Assembly (NCBI GenBank): GCA_002269645.1 | Contig: NIVC01001193.1 | Coordinates: 1-64,000, forward strand | Source: Macrostomum lignano | Lineage: Eukaryota | Reading direction: 5' to 3' | DNA length: 64,000 nucleotides | Shown: positions 1-12,101 of the stretch, piece after piece | Layout of the letters: each line of letters opens with the position of its first letter | How positions within the stretch are numbered: position 1 is the stretch's first letter | Position numbers and translations under genes: made by a program | Notes under the pieces: generated by a model | What the model was told of the DNA's origin: nothing | What the model saw: only the letters and a program-made list of their open reading frames with translations | The model's database searches: none

Positions 1-200
1 ATGCCCCTCCTCACTCCCTGCCCTCATCACTCCTGCCCCTCCTTACTCCCTGCCCTCCTCACTCGATGCCCCTCCTCACTCCCTGCCCTCCTCACTCCCT
101 GCCCCTTCTCACTCCTGCCCTCCTCACTCCCTGCCCTCCTCACTCCCTGCCCCTCCTCACTCCCTGCCCCTCCTCACTCCTGCCCCTCCCCTCACTCCAC
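1..200. repeat. About 17-bp C-rich minisatellite (tgcccctcctcactccc)
   Basis: Visible degenerate tandem units; same family as 2012-2380. Confidence 0.9.
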
Positions 201-238
201 CACCCACCCCACCACCCCACCACCCCAACTGCACTCAC

Positions 239-588
239 TGAAATTCCAGCTCCAACTCGTCGATAAGCGAGAAGTCCAAATTCCATTTCGAACGCAATTT
301 TGCATCCTCCTTCATCGCTCGCCTGTTCATCTTTTCCATTTGTTTGCGAATGCGACGTTGCTGCTCAATTTCTGACGGCAGGCGCGTCGGCGCCACGTAG
401 CTGGATCGGCGCAGCTCGGGCCGGGGGTCGTGTGCAGCAGCTTCGCCAGCCGTGATTTCTTCTTCTTTTCGGCTTCTTAGCGGTTCGTCAGTGTCGGCGC
501 CTTTTGCGCTGCCCGGCTTTTTCTCGTCGCCGTCGGCTGCTGTTGCTGCTGCCCGGCTGCTCGCTTCTGATTGGCTAGCACCGTTAGC
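239..588 (-). CDS. Internal coding exon of an unknown gene that continues off the left edge (ANGASQSEASS...QQRRIRKQMEKMNRRAMKEDAKLRSKWNLDFSLIDELELEF)
   Basis: Hand translation of the reverse strand is open across 350 nt with GC-rich codon usage. Acceptor cttcatccag| at 589 and donor CA|gtgagt at 238. No family recognised. Confidence 0.65.
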
Positions 589-687
589 CTGGATGAAGGG
601 GGTGTTGGAGAATAGATGATTGGCTGGTTGGTATCCATTTTCGACCCTCCTTCGGGGAGTTAGATGGAATAAGAGGGAAGGAAAGTG

Positions 688-1140
688 GGGGTCGGAATTA
701 GGAGGGGTAGCAAAGTGGGGTAGGAATTAGGAGGGGTAGCAAAGTGGGGTAGGAATTAGGAGGGTAGCAAAGTGGGGGTAGGAATTAGGAGGGGTAGCAA
801 AGTGGGGGTAGGAATTAGGAGGGGTAGCAAAGTGGGGTAGAATTAGGAGGGGTAGCAAAGTGGGGGTAGGAATTAGGAGGGGTAGCAAAGTGGGGGTAGG
901 AATTAGGAGGGTAGCAAAGTGGGGGTAGGAATTAGGAGGGGTAGCAAAGTGGGGGTAGGAATTAGGAGGGGTAGCAAAGTGGGGGTCGGAATTAGGAGGG
1001 GTAGCAAAGTGGGGGTAGGAATTAGGAGGGGTAGCAAAGTGGGGGTCGGATTAGGAGGGGTAGCAAAGTGGGGGTAGGAATTAGGAGGGGTAGCAAAGTG
1101 GGTCGGAATTAGGAGGGGTAGCAAAGTGGGGGTAGGAATT
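688..1140. repeat. About 30-bp minisatellite (gtaggaattaggaggggtagcaaagtgggg)
   Basis: About 15 tandem units. Confidence 0.95.
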
Positions 1141-1741
1141 GTTAGAGTCAGTGAAATCTGGATTCAAAGTTTGGTGAAGATAAATTGTGTAGGAAGACAA
1201 TCAGAAATTGTTAAAATTGACGATATTTCGGCGTCAAAACATTCGACTAAAAACCACGTTTTGGTCAAATCAGCAAAAAAACAGAAAACAGACATTATTT
1301 TGTACTTTGTACAGACATAACAAATTATTGTATTCATTTGCCTCTGCATTATTCAGCCTCGGGGAAAAATTAAATTTCATTTCTACTCGACCGAGGCAAT
1401 AACACGAGCTATAGTTGTTAAGGCGGCGAGATCAAAAGCGCCGACAGGAACGCTAGCCATGAGGTCGAGTTTCTATATAGAAGGCAGTACGTAATAAAAC
1501 TGTATTCAATTTCAAAATAAAAATTTTGACGCACGCCGCGCAGTTGAACAACTTAAGATTCATGTATAATACTCGTACATGTATAAAGGCCGGTGGCGGC
1601 CCAGAGATATGCTGATCTTATCAATTAACGATCTTTGGCTTTGGTTGTGAATGACTGGCTCAAATGGCTTCTAGAATACAACTAACTCCTGTGGTTATTC
1701 CATGCCGTGTATTAAGTTTCCTGAAAAATTGTCTGTTCAAC

Positions 1742-1990
1742 TCAGCAAACCCCGCAGACATCCTTGAGCTGACTCACTGCTCCAGCGTCAGCGGCCTCCT
1801 CTTCATCCTCGTCGGAGCTGTCGCAGAGAATGTTTGCGAGAGATTGTCGCCGACCAGCGCCAGTCAGCACGGAGGAGCGCCGACGCCCGTTCGTCGCCGA
1901 GGTGGCCATGGCACCGGCAGGCGATGGAGAATCACCGAGTGCGTCGTCGCTGGAGTCGGAGTCGTCCTGGAATTGAGACCGGCGTGGCAT
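1742..1990 (-). CDS. Probable first coding exon (MPRRSQFQDDSDSSDD...), likely the same gene as 239-588
   Basis: GC-rich Ser/Asp/Arg-rich ORF starting with ATG. The 3' boundary (donor vs stop) is unresolved. Confidence 0.5.
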   Translation of the reverse strand: MPRRSQFQDDSDSSDDALGDSPSPAGAMATSATNGRRRSSVLTGAGRRQSLANILCDSSDEDEEEAADAGAVSQLKDVCGVC

Positions 1991-2011
1991 CGACCGATCA
2001 ACGCTTTGCTT

Positions 2012-2380
2012 AACCCTACTTCACTCCCTGACCCTCCTCACTCCCTGACCCTCCTCACTCACTGCCCCTCCTCACTCCCTGCCCCTCCTCACTCCCTGCC
2101 CCTCCTCACTCCCTGCCCCTCCTCACTCCCTGCCCCTCCTCACTTTCTGCCCCTCCTCACTCCCTGCCCCTCCTCACTCCCTGCCCCTCCTCACTCCTGC
2201 CTCCTCACTCCTGCCCTCCTCACTCCCTGCCCCTCCTCACTCCCTGCCCCCTCCTCACTCCCTGCCCCTCCTCACTCCCTGCCCCTCCTCACTCCCGCCC
2301 TCCTCACTCCCTGCCCCTCCTCACTCCCTGCCCCTCCTCACTCCCTGACCCTCCTCACTCCCTGCCGCTCCTCCCTGCCC
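2012..2380. repeat. About 17-bp C-rich minisatellite, same family as 1-200
   Basis: Direct inspection. Confidence 0.9.
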
Positions 2381-3650
2381 TGCCGAGGATTTCTGGAAAG
2401 TTCCGGGATTTTGACTTCCCTAGTACTTGTGCACTTAGAAACATAAAATTGCTTCTCTAGCAGCGTGAAAAATGGTTAACTACAGCTCACTGAAAATGAA
2501 AATTTTACACCGTTTTACACCGAACTTTACACCGAATTTTACACCAAAATTTCACACCATTTCTCAAATTTACAATACTAATGGACAATCAAAGTAATTT
2601 TTTTCTTTTCTGTTTCGGCGAGACATACTAAGTCAATGTGTATGCTTTTTATCAAAACAGCTAGAGAATATTTTGCGCCTTTTAAGTTCAATTTTTGCTG
2701 ACGAAACCCGCATACTGGAGAGCTGGACACGAGACAAGACTTTAAGTACACCCGACAATTGACGACAAATGAAGAGTGAGAAAATGACCCCTTGATTAGC
2801 GATTTTTATTCACAAGATTGTCGGGGGTTGCACACCAGAGATACAGATTACAGAACTTTGTAACGAATTCAGATTCAACTTCAAAGTCCAAGTCTGTCAG
2901 GTTCACTCAGTTGAATTTCTGATTAAAGCAACTTTCGACTAATCGTGGAGAGGCAGCACTGGAGTAACTTGTTGAAAGATAAGGTTAAGTTAAAGGGTGT
3001 ACCAATACAAATGTTGTACACAGTGAGTAGTAGAAGCAGGTCGTAGCTTTATCGCTCCAGATGGCCACTTGGCCCCGGAGGAGAGAGAGAAAAATGGAAA
3101 ATTTCAGATAAGTCAAGAGCACGCAGTCACGCTTTGACCGCATGGTTTGATTTGAGCGCACAAATGCTGAATGATCAGCACTAAGAAAGTTTGCTAAATT
3201 TTTATTTTTATTTTATTTATATGCAAGTGTGTACCACAGGCCTGAGTTTTACGATTTTTAAGCTAACGAGTAATTATTACACCAGTGCAGTGAAAATGAC
3301 GGAGTGGGGTGGGTGTCGCGGCAGGATCGATAAGCATTTAACTATCAGCCCAACCCCTCCTGGTTCGCCGTGACCTTGAACAGCACCCACCCCCTCCCCC
3401 TCGGCTTTATAACCGGCCGGCGGAGAATCACGTGGCCCGCACTGAATCAAATCTGTTTAAAGCCGCAACATTAAGGCCCAGTCCAAAGTTAAAGACCGCC
3501 AAGCCAAGGCAGAACCTACTCTGTTCACAGCCGCACTGTCCAAACCGCAACCAGCTGCCCTAAGCCGGATTATTTCGTTGAAAAATACTGTTTAATAAAG
3601 TTCAACTAGAGTCGCATTGAGCCAAATTTAACTCAGCTAGGCCGTCACTC

Positions 3651-3955
3651 ATGGGCGCAACTGGCTGCAAACCAGCCAAATCACCGAACGGCATATACAA
3701 CGACGACGAGCAACCTGAGCAGGTTGAGTCGGTTAGCATCGGCAAAGGTGTCCGAGTGCACCAGTTGGACGGTAACAATTTTCTCGGCCGGCTAGAGGAC
3801 GCGGCCAGGATGAGCTGCCGCAGTCGAGGTCTTTGGCGACGTCGCAGTTCGTTATCTAGCGCGCCGAAGACCTGCTCAGCTAAGGGTTCGGCAGTAACTG
3901 GAACATCTTCGTCTGCTAGGAGCTCTTGCTATTCGGAGCTGTCTTCCAGTGTCTG

Positions 3956-3991
<36 letters not shown>

Positions 3992-4418
3992 ACCGCAAAA
4001 GCAACCTCAGCAGCAGCAGCAACAGCAGCCGCCGCAGTCTCCAGCGGCTGCCAATTCAAACCGACGGCTCCTGCGGCAGCATTTCCTGAGCATTGCTCCG
4101 ACCGGCGCGGGCACCACGATGGCGCCGCCAAGCAGCCGGTCGTTGGACTGCGGCGGTCAGGTCGACCGCAAGAGCGGGTCATCCTCGCCAGACCCAGAGT
4201 CGACGGAGCCCGAAGCCGAGGTCGACGCCAGCCGGATGGACCTGACCACACTGCTGCTGCAGGGCTTCGATCCGACCGCTTATGAGCAGCGGCTGGCCGA
4301 ACGGAGGCTGGCCAAGTTCACCGGGAGAAGCCGGAGGCAGCCCAGGTCTATCCTGGCCTCCACACTGACAAAGACCGAAGCTACTGCTGGCGGTACAGCA
4401 GCGGAGATACCCGGCTGA
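3651..4418 (+). CDS. Single-exon 255-aa low-complexity protein with poly-Q and an N-terminal MGATGC putative acylation motif
   Basis: ORF track; coding-like GC content against AT-rich flanks. Upstream tttataa and CACGTG near 3405-3435. No recognisable domain. Confidence 0.6.
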
Positions 4419-5363
4419 GGTGTAGGCCCCACAAACACAAAGTATCAAGAATGGAGGTATTTGGACTCATTTACTCTCGGCACACTTAGACGACCCAACG
4501 CGGCAATCCGAAACTAAGAAGAGAGATTGTAAAACAAAAATCTATTAAACACCGGTAAAATACCCTTTAAATATCTAAAAGGTTAGCATAACATGCTTTA
4601 ACAGTATTGAAACCTTGTTTGTTTAACAGTGTTGCCTCTTCGATTTACCGAACGAAACTAACTTGATGTTGGCGGATCGCCCCCTCCCCAATGCGTTTTT
4701 AGCAATTAATTAAGCTATTTAGCTTATTTTATATATTTTTAAGCTAACATTGTGCTGCTTTTACAGCTAAGAATAGCTTCAATTTGCTAGTTAGCACTGT
4801 AACTTTCTAGTAACCCGTGCGTGTATCAATTTGACCATCTAATAAGGAGAGGAGCCTCCACACAAGGTGTTTCAATTGAGTCCTGTACATATCGAAGCCT
4901 GCTTGGCATTTATGTTAATTTTCCTCCTCATTCCTTGGATTCTACAGGCTGATTCCGATTGCCGTGGTTAGGCTTGTCCCCCCTAAATACTTAATTTAAT
5001 TTTTAGAGCTAAATTTATAGCACCTTTCTAATTGGATTAATCCAGTTTACCTGGTTCAGCTACAAATTCGCACGCCATATTGGTTTTGGTTTCTCTGATT
5101 GTGATTCATTTGACTGGTTACTAGAGTGTTTAAAAAACTCCGCCTGTCACGTTATAATTTATGTCACAAACTCGTGTCATTGTCATAGGCTCATCTATGG
5201 TTTATACTCTGACCTGTTTAGTATTTTTTATCATGTACTATTTTTTGTCAAACAACTTTTCGCTAACAAAATAAGAGCGAGTATGCAATTTCATCGGCGG
5301 AATCAACGGCCATCCGAATCATAAATCGATTCGGTATTAAATTTTATAAGCAAACAAAACTAC

Positions 5364-8300
5364 TTAAGTAGCTACATGCGCTTCATTTATTATTTTTTTA
5401 AAATGGATATCTGTATGTGATACAGGGAAATGGTCCTGGCAACTCACATTGAGCAGATCGATAACCATTTCGGAACTATTAGAGTCCTGCCCAGCCGAGC
5501 GCAGTCGTTGCAAATTGCTTTTAGCGTCTAGTTCGAGTTCGTCGCACTGCTCAGGCGCGTTCCAGGTGCGCGAGCGAGGCTGAAATCGGATCGCTGTGCA
5601 CCGGATCGACTCCACGAATGGAAGCTCCAGCTGGGGTGGGTTCGAAATTCAGAAGTGAAAGAGATTCATTCAGTTTGTTTCGGCGATGCAAGAAACCTCC
5701 CTTAGCGAATAATTCTCGTTCCTGCGCCCGCCTCTCCCTGCCCCAAAGCATAGCCCCCCATTCCTGAACCCACCTCACTCCCTGCCCCAAAGCACAGCCC
5801 CCCATTCCTGAACCCACCTCACTCCCTGCCCCAAGGTACAGCCCATATTCCTGCACTCACCTCACTCCTGCCCTAAAGAACAGCCCCCATTCTTGCGCCC
5901 ACCTCACTCCCTGCACCAAGGCACAGCCCCCCATTCCTCTGCCCACCTTACTCCCTGCCCCAAAGCACAGCTCCCATTCCTATGCCCACCCTGTCCCAAA
6001 GCACAAGTACACCCAGATTAAAAAAATTCCCACTGGCAGCCAGAAATCGCTGGCTCACATGGTGACTCTTGGCGGAGGAGCCGCCTAACGACTTGACAAA
6101 TCTTGCCACCTCCTTTTTTCGCGCCTCGGACACCAGCACGAGGTCCATGCAGCCGTCGTTTCGATGGGCGAACCGAGACAGTCCCTGGGGACAGTTTTCC
6201 GACATGCCGGCCAGAGAGTAGACTCCCACCCAGCTATAGTCACCTTTCAGATTGAGCCAGGCGTCCCTGCCAACCAGCTCTAAATATCGGGGTGAAACAA
6301 TTCATTTTTCACCACCAGAAAAACCCAAGCGAAAATCATTAACAACTGCTTATAGTAGTATATGCATGCAAGGAAATGACTTCTAAATCATCTATAAGTA
6401 ACCACTGAACTAGCAACAAATAATACAATTGCAGACTGAGATCCAAGCACAGCCAGGCACATGTTGAAGTTTTACCACTTGAGAGAAATGTCTTTGTTAT
6501 GCTTGTTGCTGCTAAAGCCGAGAATTTCTCGACTTGACAACTATTTTTTTATCGACAAACAGCGTTGGATTCTAAAGCTGCTCACCAATCAAGCTGTCGC
6601 TATTATTGGACGAATTCAACGGGTCGAATTCTTGCACCGAATCGGACTCGCCTTCGCTCTGCCGACGGTGCTTGCTGGACTCCACCGACTGGCACACGGG
6701 GCAGCTGCGGTAGTGTTGACCGATATGTATCGAAAATTAACTTTGTCCACTTTTGAAAATTTACCGATTTTTTGCTTTTTGCTTTTAACAGCTTCGTTTA
6801 GCTACTCGTATCAAGTAGAAATATAAGAACACGCAAACTATACTAAAGAAAACTGGAAAAATTACCGCGAGAAGCAGCAAGTGCCATCGGTTGGATGGCT
6901 TAGCTCAGCGTTGGCTGACGGTCGGTACTGCAGGTCGCAGGGATAGGCCATGAAAGTTTTCTTGTCCAGCGCTCTGGACATCGCCTTCTCGTACTTGGAG
7001 TCGTAGAACAGTTTGTACTTCTCCAGGTACTTCAGGGTGGAGCTGGGCAACCCGTAGCTGGCGTTGAAGCACCAGCGCAGGAATTTGAAGTCGCCACTGC
7101 TTCCAGACTCTCTGGCCAACACCTGGACACAGTTCACCTTCTTCACGTGACCTGGGTGAGAAAATTGGATAGGGTTGCAAATAATGAGGATCCAATGAGC
7201 AGGGTCACAGGTGAGAAGGGTCTAATGAGCAGGGTCACAGGTGAGAATGGTTCAATGAGCAGGGTCACAGCTAGGTGAGAAGGGTCTAATGAGCAGGGTC
7301 ACAGGTGAGAAGGGTTCAATGAGCAGGGTCACAGCTAGGTGAGAAGGGTCTAATGAGCAGGGTCACAGGTGAAAAGGGTTCAATGAGCAGGGTCACAGGT
7401 GAGAAGGGTCTAATGAGCAGGGTCACAAGTGAGAAGGGTCCAATAAGCAGGGTCACAGGTGAGAAGGGTCTAATGAGCAGGGTCACAGGTGAGAAGGGTC
7501 CAATGAGCAGGGTCACAGGTGAGAAGGGTTCAATGAGCAGGGTCACAAGTGAGAAGGGTCCAATAAGCAGGGTCACAGGTGAGAAGGGTCTAATGAGCAG
7601 GGTCACAGGTGAGAAGGGTCTAATGAGCAGGGTCACAGGTGAGAAGGGTCCAATGAGCAGGGTCACAGGTGAGAAGGGTCTAATGAGCAGGGTCACAGGT
7701 GAGAAGGGTCCAATGAGCAGGGTCACAGGTGAGAAGGGTCTAATGAGCAGGGTCACAGGTGAGAAGGGTCTAATGAGCAGGGTCACAAGTGAGAAGGGTC
7801 CAATGAGCAGGGTCACAGGTGAGAAGGGTCCAATGAGCAGGGTCACAGGTGAGAAGGGTCTAATGAGCAGGGTCACAGGTGAGAAGGGTCTAATGAGCAG
7901 GGTCACAAGTGAGAAGGGTCCAATGAGCAGGGTCACAGGTGAGAAGGGTCTAATGAGCAGGGTCACAGGTGAGAAGGGTCCAATGAGCAGGGTCACAGGT
8001 GAGAAGGGTCTAATGAGCAGGGTCACAGGTGAGAAGGGTCCAATGAGCAGGGTCACAGGTGAGAAGGGTCTAATGAGCAGGGTCACAGGTGAGAAGGGTC
8101 TAATGAGCAGGGTCACAAGTGAGAAGGGTCCAATGAGCAGGGTCACAGGTGAGAAGGGTCCAATGAGCAGGGTCACAGGTGAGAAGGGTCCAATGAGCAG
8201 GGTCACAGGTGAGAAGGGTCTAATGAGCAGGGTCACAAGTGAGAATGGTCCAATGAGCAGGGTCACAGGTGAGAAGGGTCCAATGAGCAGGGTCACAGGT

Positions 8301-10637
8301 GAGAAGGGTCTAATGAGCAGGGTCACAGGTGAGAAGGGTCTAATGAGCAGGGTCACAAGTGAGAAGGGTCCAATGAGCAGGGTCACAGGTGAGAAGGGTC
8401 CAATGAGCAGGGTCACAGGTGAGAAGGGTCCAATGAGCAGGGTCACAGGTGAGAAGGGTCTAATGAGCAGGGTCACAGGTGAGAAGGGTCCAATGAGCAG
8501 GGTCACAGGTGAGAAGGGTCTAATGAGCAGGGTCACAGGTGAGAAGGGTCTAATGAGCAGGGTCACAGGTGAGAAGGGTCTAATGAGCAGGGTCACAGGT
8601 GAGAATGGTCCAATGACCAGGGTCACAGGTGAGAATGGTTCAATGAGCAGGGTCACAGCTAGGTGAGAAGGGTCTAATGAGCAGGGTCACAGGTGAAGGG
8701 TTCCTCACCAGCCAGCATGTGCACAACAGGTGACACAGGTTCAACTGTGCCAAGCAAACTGCGAGCCACATCGTTGTTAAAACCGGCTGGAACGATGCAG
8801 ACACGCAGATGGGCCGGCAGGACTTGGCTGTCGTGAGGCTGGTGCTGCTGTTGCTGAGCCCTCCGTAGCAGAGCATCGCACATGCGCTGAACGGTGCCGT
8901 CGCCCCCAATGATGATGAGCGCATCGACAGAGTCCTCCAGCTCTTCGGTCGGGCAGTCCATCAGACAGGCTGCCAGCTCGTCCGGCTTTGGCCGCTCGAC
9001 TCGGGTGACCTGCAGCGAACAGGTGCCGGAGGTGTTCGGTCAGGGCCGAATTTGAGAAAATTGTCTGCCAAGTCGGCAAGCTAACTGTCACTCCTACCTT
9101 GACGTCGAACTTCTTCAACAGAGGCAGCACGCGATCCTTCATCAGGCCGAGCGCGGCGCCTTTGCCAGCCTTGGTGCACACGTACATCGCCGCGCTGCGC
9201 ACTCGCCGTTTCATCGAGTCCAGCACTCGCTCCGTGTACCTAACCCACCGGTCGGCGTCCCGGCGCTTCGGCAAATCGAGCTCCTTCTCTAACAGGCGGA
9301 ACTGGCTTGAGTTGTAGCGCTGGCAAACTGAGATCACGATCCGGGATGTCTGACCCGCTGGCTGTGGCCGTTCAGTCACTGAGATAACGTCTTCGTAGAG
9401 ATAGCAGAGGGTCTCCATCTGCCGCTGCTGCTGCTGCTGAGGGTCGCTTCTGTTCGATGGATCGCCTGAACCCGCGCGGCGCTCTGGATTTTAGAATGGA
9501 GCGGCGGTTTCTGATCTTACCTGCGATTCTCTTGTGGCTTTACTGTGACTTCTGTTCCTCCCTCACCTTCACGGAACCCTCTATCTATCCCTCTGCTTGA
9601 CTTTCCCTGAACCCTTTATCTGTCCCTCTTGTGACCTTCCCTGAACCCTTTATCTATCCCTCTCGTGACCTTCACTGAACCTTCTATCTTATCCCTCTCG
9701 TGACCTTCACTGAACCTTCTATTTACCCCTCTCGTGACCTTCACTGAACTTCTATCTACCCCTCTCGTGACCTTCACTGAACCCTTTATCTATCCCTCTC
9801 GTGACCTTCACTGAACCTTCTATCTACCCCTCTCGTGACATTCACTGAACCCTTTATCTATCCCTCTCGTGACCTTCACTGAACCTTCTATCTTATCCCT
9901 CTCGTGACCTTCACTGAACCCTCTATCTGTCCCTCTCCTTGACTTTCCCTGAACCCTTTATCTGTCCCTCTCGTGACCTTCACTGAACCTTCTATCTTAT
10001 CCCTCTCGTGACCTTCACTGAACCTTCTATCTTATCCCTCTCGTGACCTTCACTGAACCTTCTATTTACCCCTCTCGTGACCTTCACTGAACTTCTATCT
10101 ACCCCTCTCCTGCCCTTCCCTGAACCCTCTATCTTTCCCGTTTCCCACGCCAGTCATTGACTCAGCGCAAAAGTACAGAAATGCAGCAACCAAAGCGAAC
10201 TCTCTGTCACCAAGCAACCCACCCTGCTTCCAGATGATGCCCCTCTCGCCAAGCGTCACGGTGACCCTGTGCCCCCTGTGCGTCCCCTGCGAGCTGAAAA
10301 TTTTCTTCTTGGTCCGCTGGGCCCTGCGCTGCTCCTCCTCCTCCGCCAGCAGCGGGTCCCAGTTGAAGCGGACCAGGCAGTCCTGGCGCTGGTCGACCGC
10401 GGAGCCGCTGTCCTCCGACACTGTGGAGATAATCGGCGTCGCTGAGGACTTCTGCGGCGATGGCGGAGTTTCCGGATCAAATTCTCGCTGACTTTGGCGG
10501 CGCGGCTCCGTTGAATGCGACTTCCTGCCCGGTGGCGGCTTTCTAGAGTCCCTGGCGCCGCTGCCCGCTGACCTGACTGTGCTGTGGCCGATCTCCATCA
10601 CCTCGAGCTCGCACGCATCAGGATCTTCCGAATCCAT
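5364..10637 (-). CDS. Ceramide kinase / CERKL-family protein (PH-like N-terminus plus DAGK catalytic domain)
   Basis: Exons about 10211-10637, 9098-9483, 8709-9009, 6866-7151, 6586-6704, 6059-6279, 5364-5630. Phases join consistently from exon 2 onward. Motifs: LIIIGGDGT, IVPAGFNND, CxxxCxxC (CFSR|CPVC, across a junction), GLSRFAHRNDGCMDLVLV, LPFVESIR. The exon1/2 junction and the C-terminal end are uncertain. Confidence 0.85.
5735..6005. repeat. About 40-bp degenerate minisatellite in a CERK-like intron
   Basis: Units resemble cacctcactccctgccccaaagcacagcccccattcctg. Confidence 0.85.
7193..8696. repeat. 30-bp minisatellite (atgagcagggtcacaggtgagaagggtcta), about 50 copies, filling a CERK-like intron
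   Basis: Highly homogeneous. Explains ORFs 7316-8656 and 7353-8666. Confidence 0.97.
9575..10135. repeat. About 34-bp minisatellite (gaaccttctatctatccctctcgtgaccttcact)
   Basis: Direct inspection. Confidence 0.9.
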
Positions 10638-12101
10638 CTGCTGGATTTGTTGTGTTTAAAGTATGTTAACAATTTAACTATAAGAAGCAATATTGAGATT
10701 ACCTCCATTAAATCGCTTTATAATGGACCAAGATTCATTTAATTTTTTTAAAAGCATCACTACTTGACACTTCAATAGTTAACTTGAAAAATGAAAATTT
10801 ATAATTAATTTGTTTCCAATAAATAATTGATCAAAAAAATTACAAATTGACAATAGCAGCTTAAAACAAAGATGTTAAATACTGCCAATTAAAAAGCTAG
10901 ACATCAAACTGGTTGATAACCAATAAACTATTAATGAATCAACATGTACCTTTAATGAGGCTAAGTCAAACATAGAGTTTAAAATCTAGTATTTAGACTA
11001 GATAAATTTGTACAAATACATTAACTGACAACAATTACTTTTAATCTGGCCAAGTACTAAAGTAGTAAAAAGTCAGTCAGATTTTTTAATCACTCCTAGG
11101 GTTTTTACCATCGCTTTATTTTTAGAGAGCTCAGAGAGGTAGAAAATAAATTTTATAAATGCAGCCCAAAAAATTCCCTAGACACACACCATGCACCAGC
11201 CACCAGTGACTAAGGACTAAAGGAATATCAAGAGTTGGATTCCATTTAGTGCTTGAATTTTTTAATACATATAAAAACTAAGTTTAAAGCATAAAAAAAG
11301 AAACATACTTTAATAACATATATACTTTAAAGTCTGTTTAACAATAAGCTCTTCTAGTTCTATAGCTGCTGAAAAATCTGAGAAATAGACAGAAATAAAA
11401 ATTGACAAAGAAGACTGGCTGCATTCAAACGCCTGAAAATTCCCCACAGAACACCAAAACGCAACCCATGGATTGAAAGAAATAGTTTTAATAAAACTGT
11501 TCAGTTTTCTCTTAGAATTTTCCAAAAACACAAAAGAGCAGAACTTACATTAAAATAATTTTGCGCTAGATACGTGTTAAAAATTGTCGGTACAAACAAT
11601 ACGCAAAGTAAAACGAAAATTGTAACTTATAATTTCAACCTCTGTCAGAAATAGTGTTTTCTTGTTTTTAATTTGTGTAAAGTATTATTTTAGATTCTAA
11701 TACTACAACAAAATTAGAATTACTGATATCGTATACATGCTTTCTTGGCGACAATGGCGGGCATTTATTTAGAAACACTGTATCAATACTTTTTTAGTTT
11801 GACATCATTGGATCATTTTATCGTTTATCCTACATCTTTCTATAAAATCTGAGGGTGCATTTATGGCAACTTTAAATTCAGAAACAGGTATTTTACTGAA
11901 ACTAATCCGCTTTAAAATAATTACCCTTGTATACCATAGTTTAGCTGCTTAGTATAATTATTTGACATAATTTTGTAACATACAAACAGCTTTTAGATAC
12001 CCAATAATAACATATAGACATTATTGAGTTTTAAACACTAGTTATGCGTAGTATAATACAAAAATCGTCCACCTTCGCAGCTCTGATAATATTTCAATAA
12101 A

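Noticed and set aside
1385-1640. Short inverted pairs (ctcgacc/ggtcgag) and a faint U2-like phrase
   Set aside because: Too short for significance; no Sm site or convincing snRNA match.
7316-8666. 446-aa and 437-aa ORFs on both strands
   Set aside because: Translation of a 30-bp intronic minisatellite lying between in-phase CERK-like exons.
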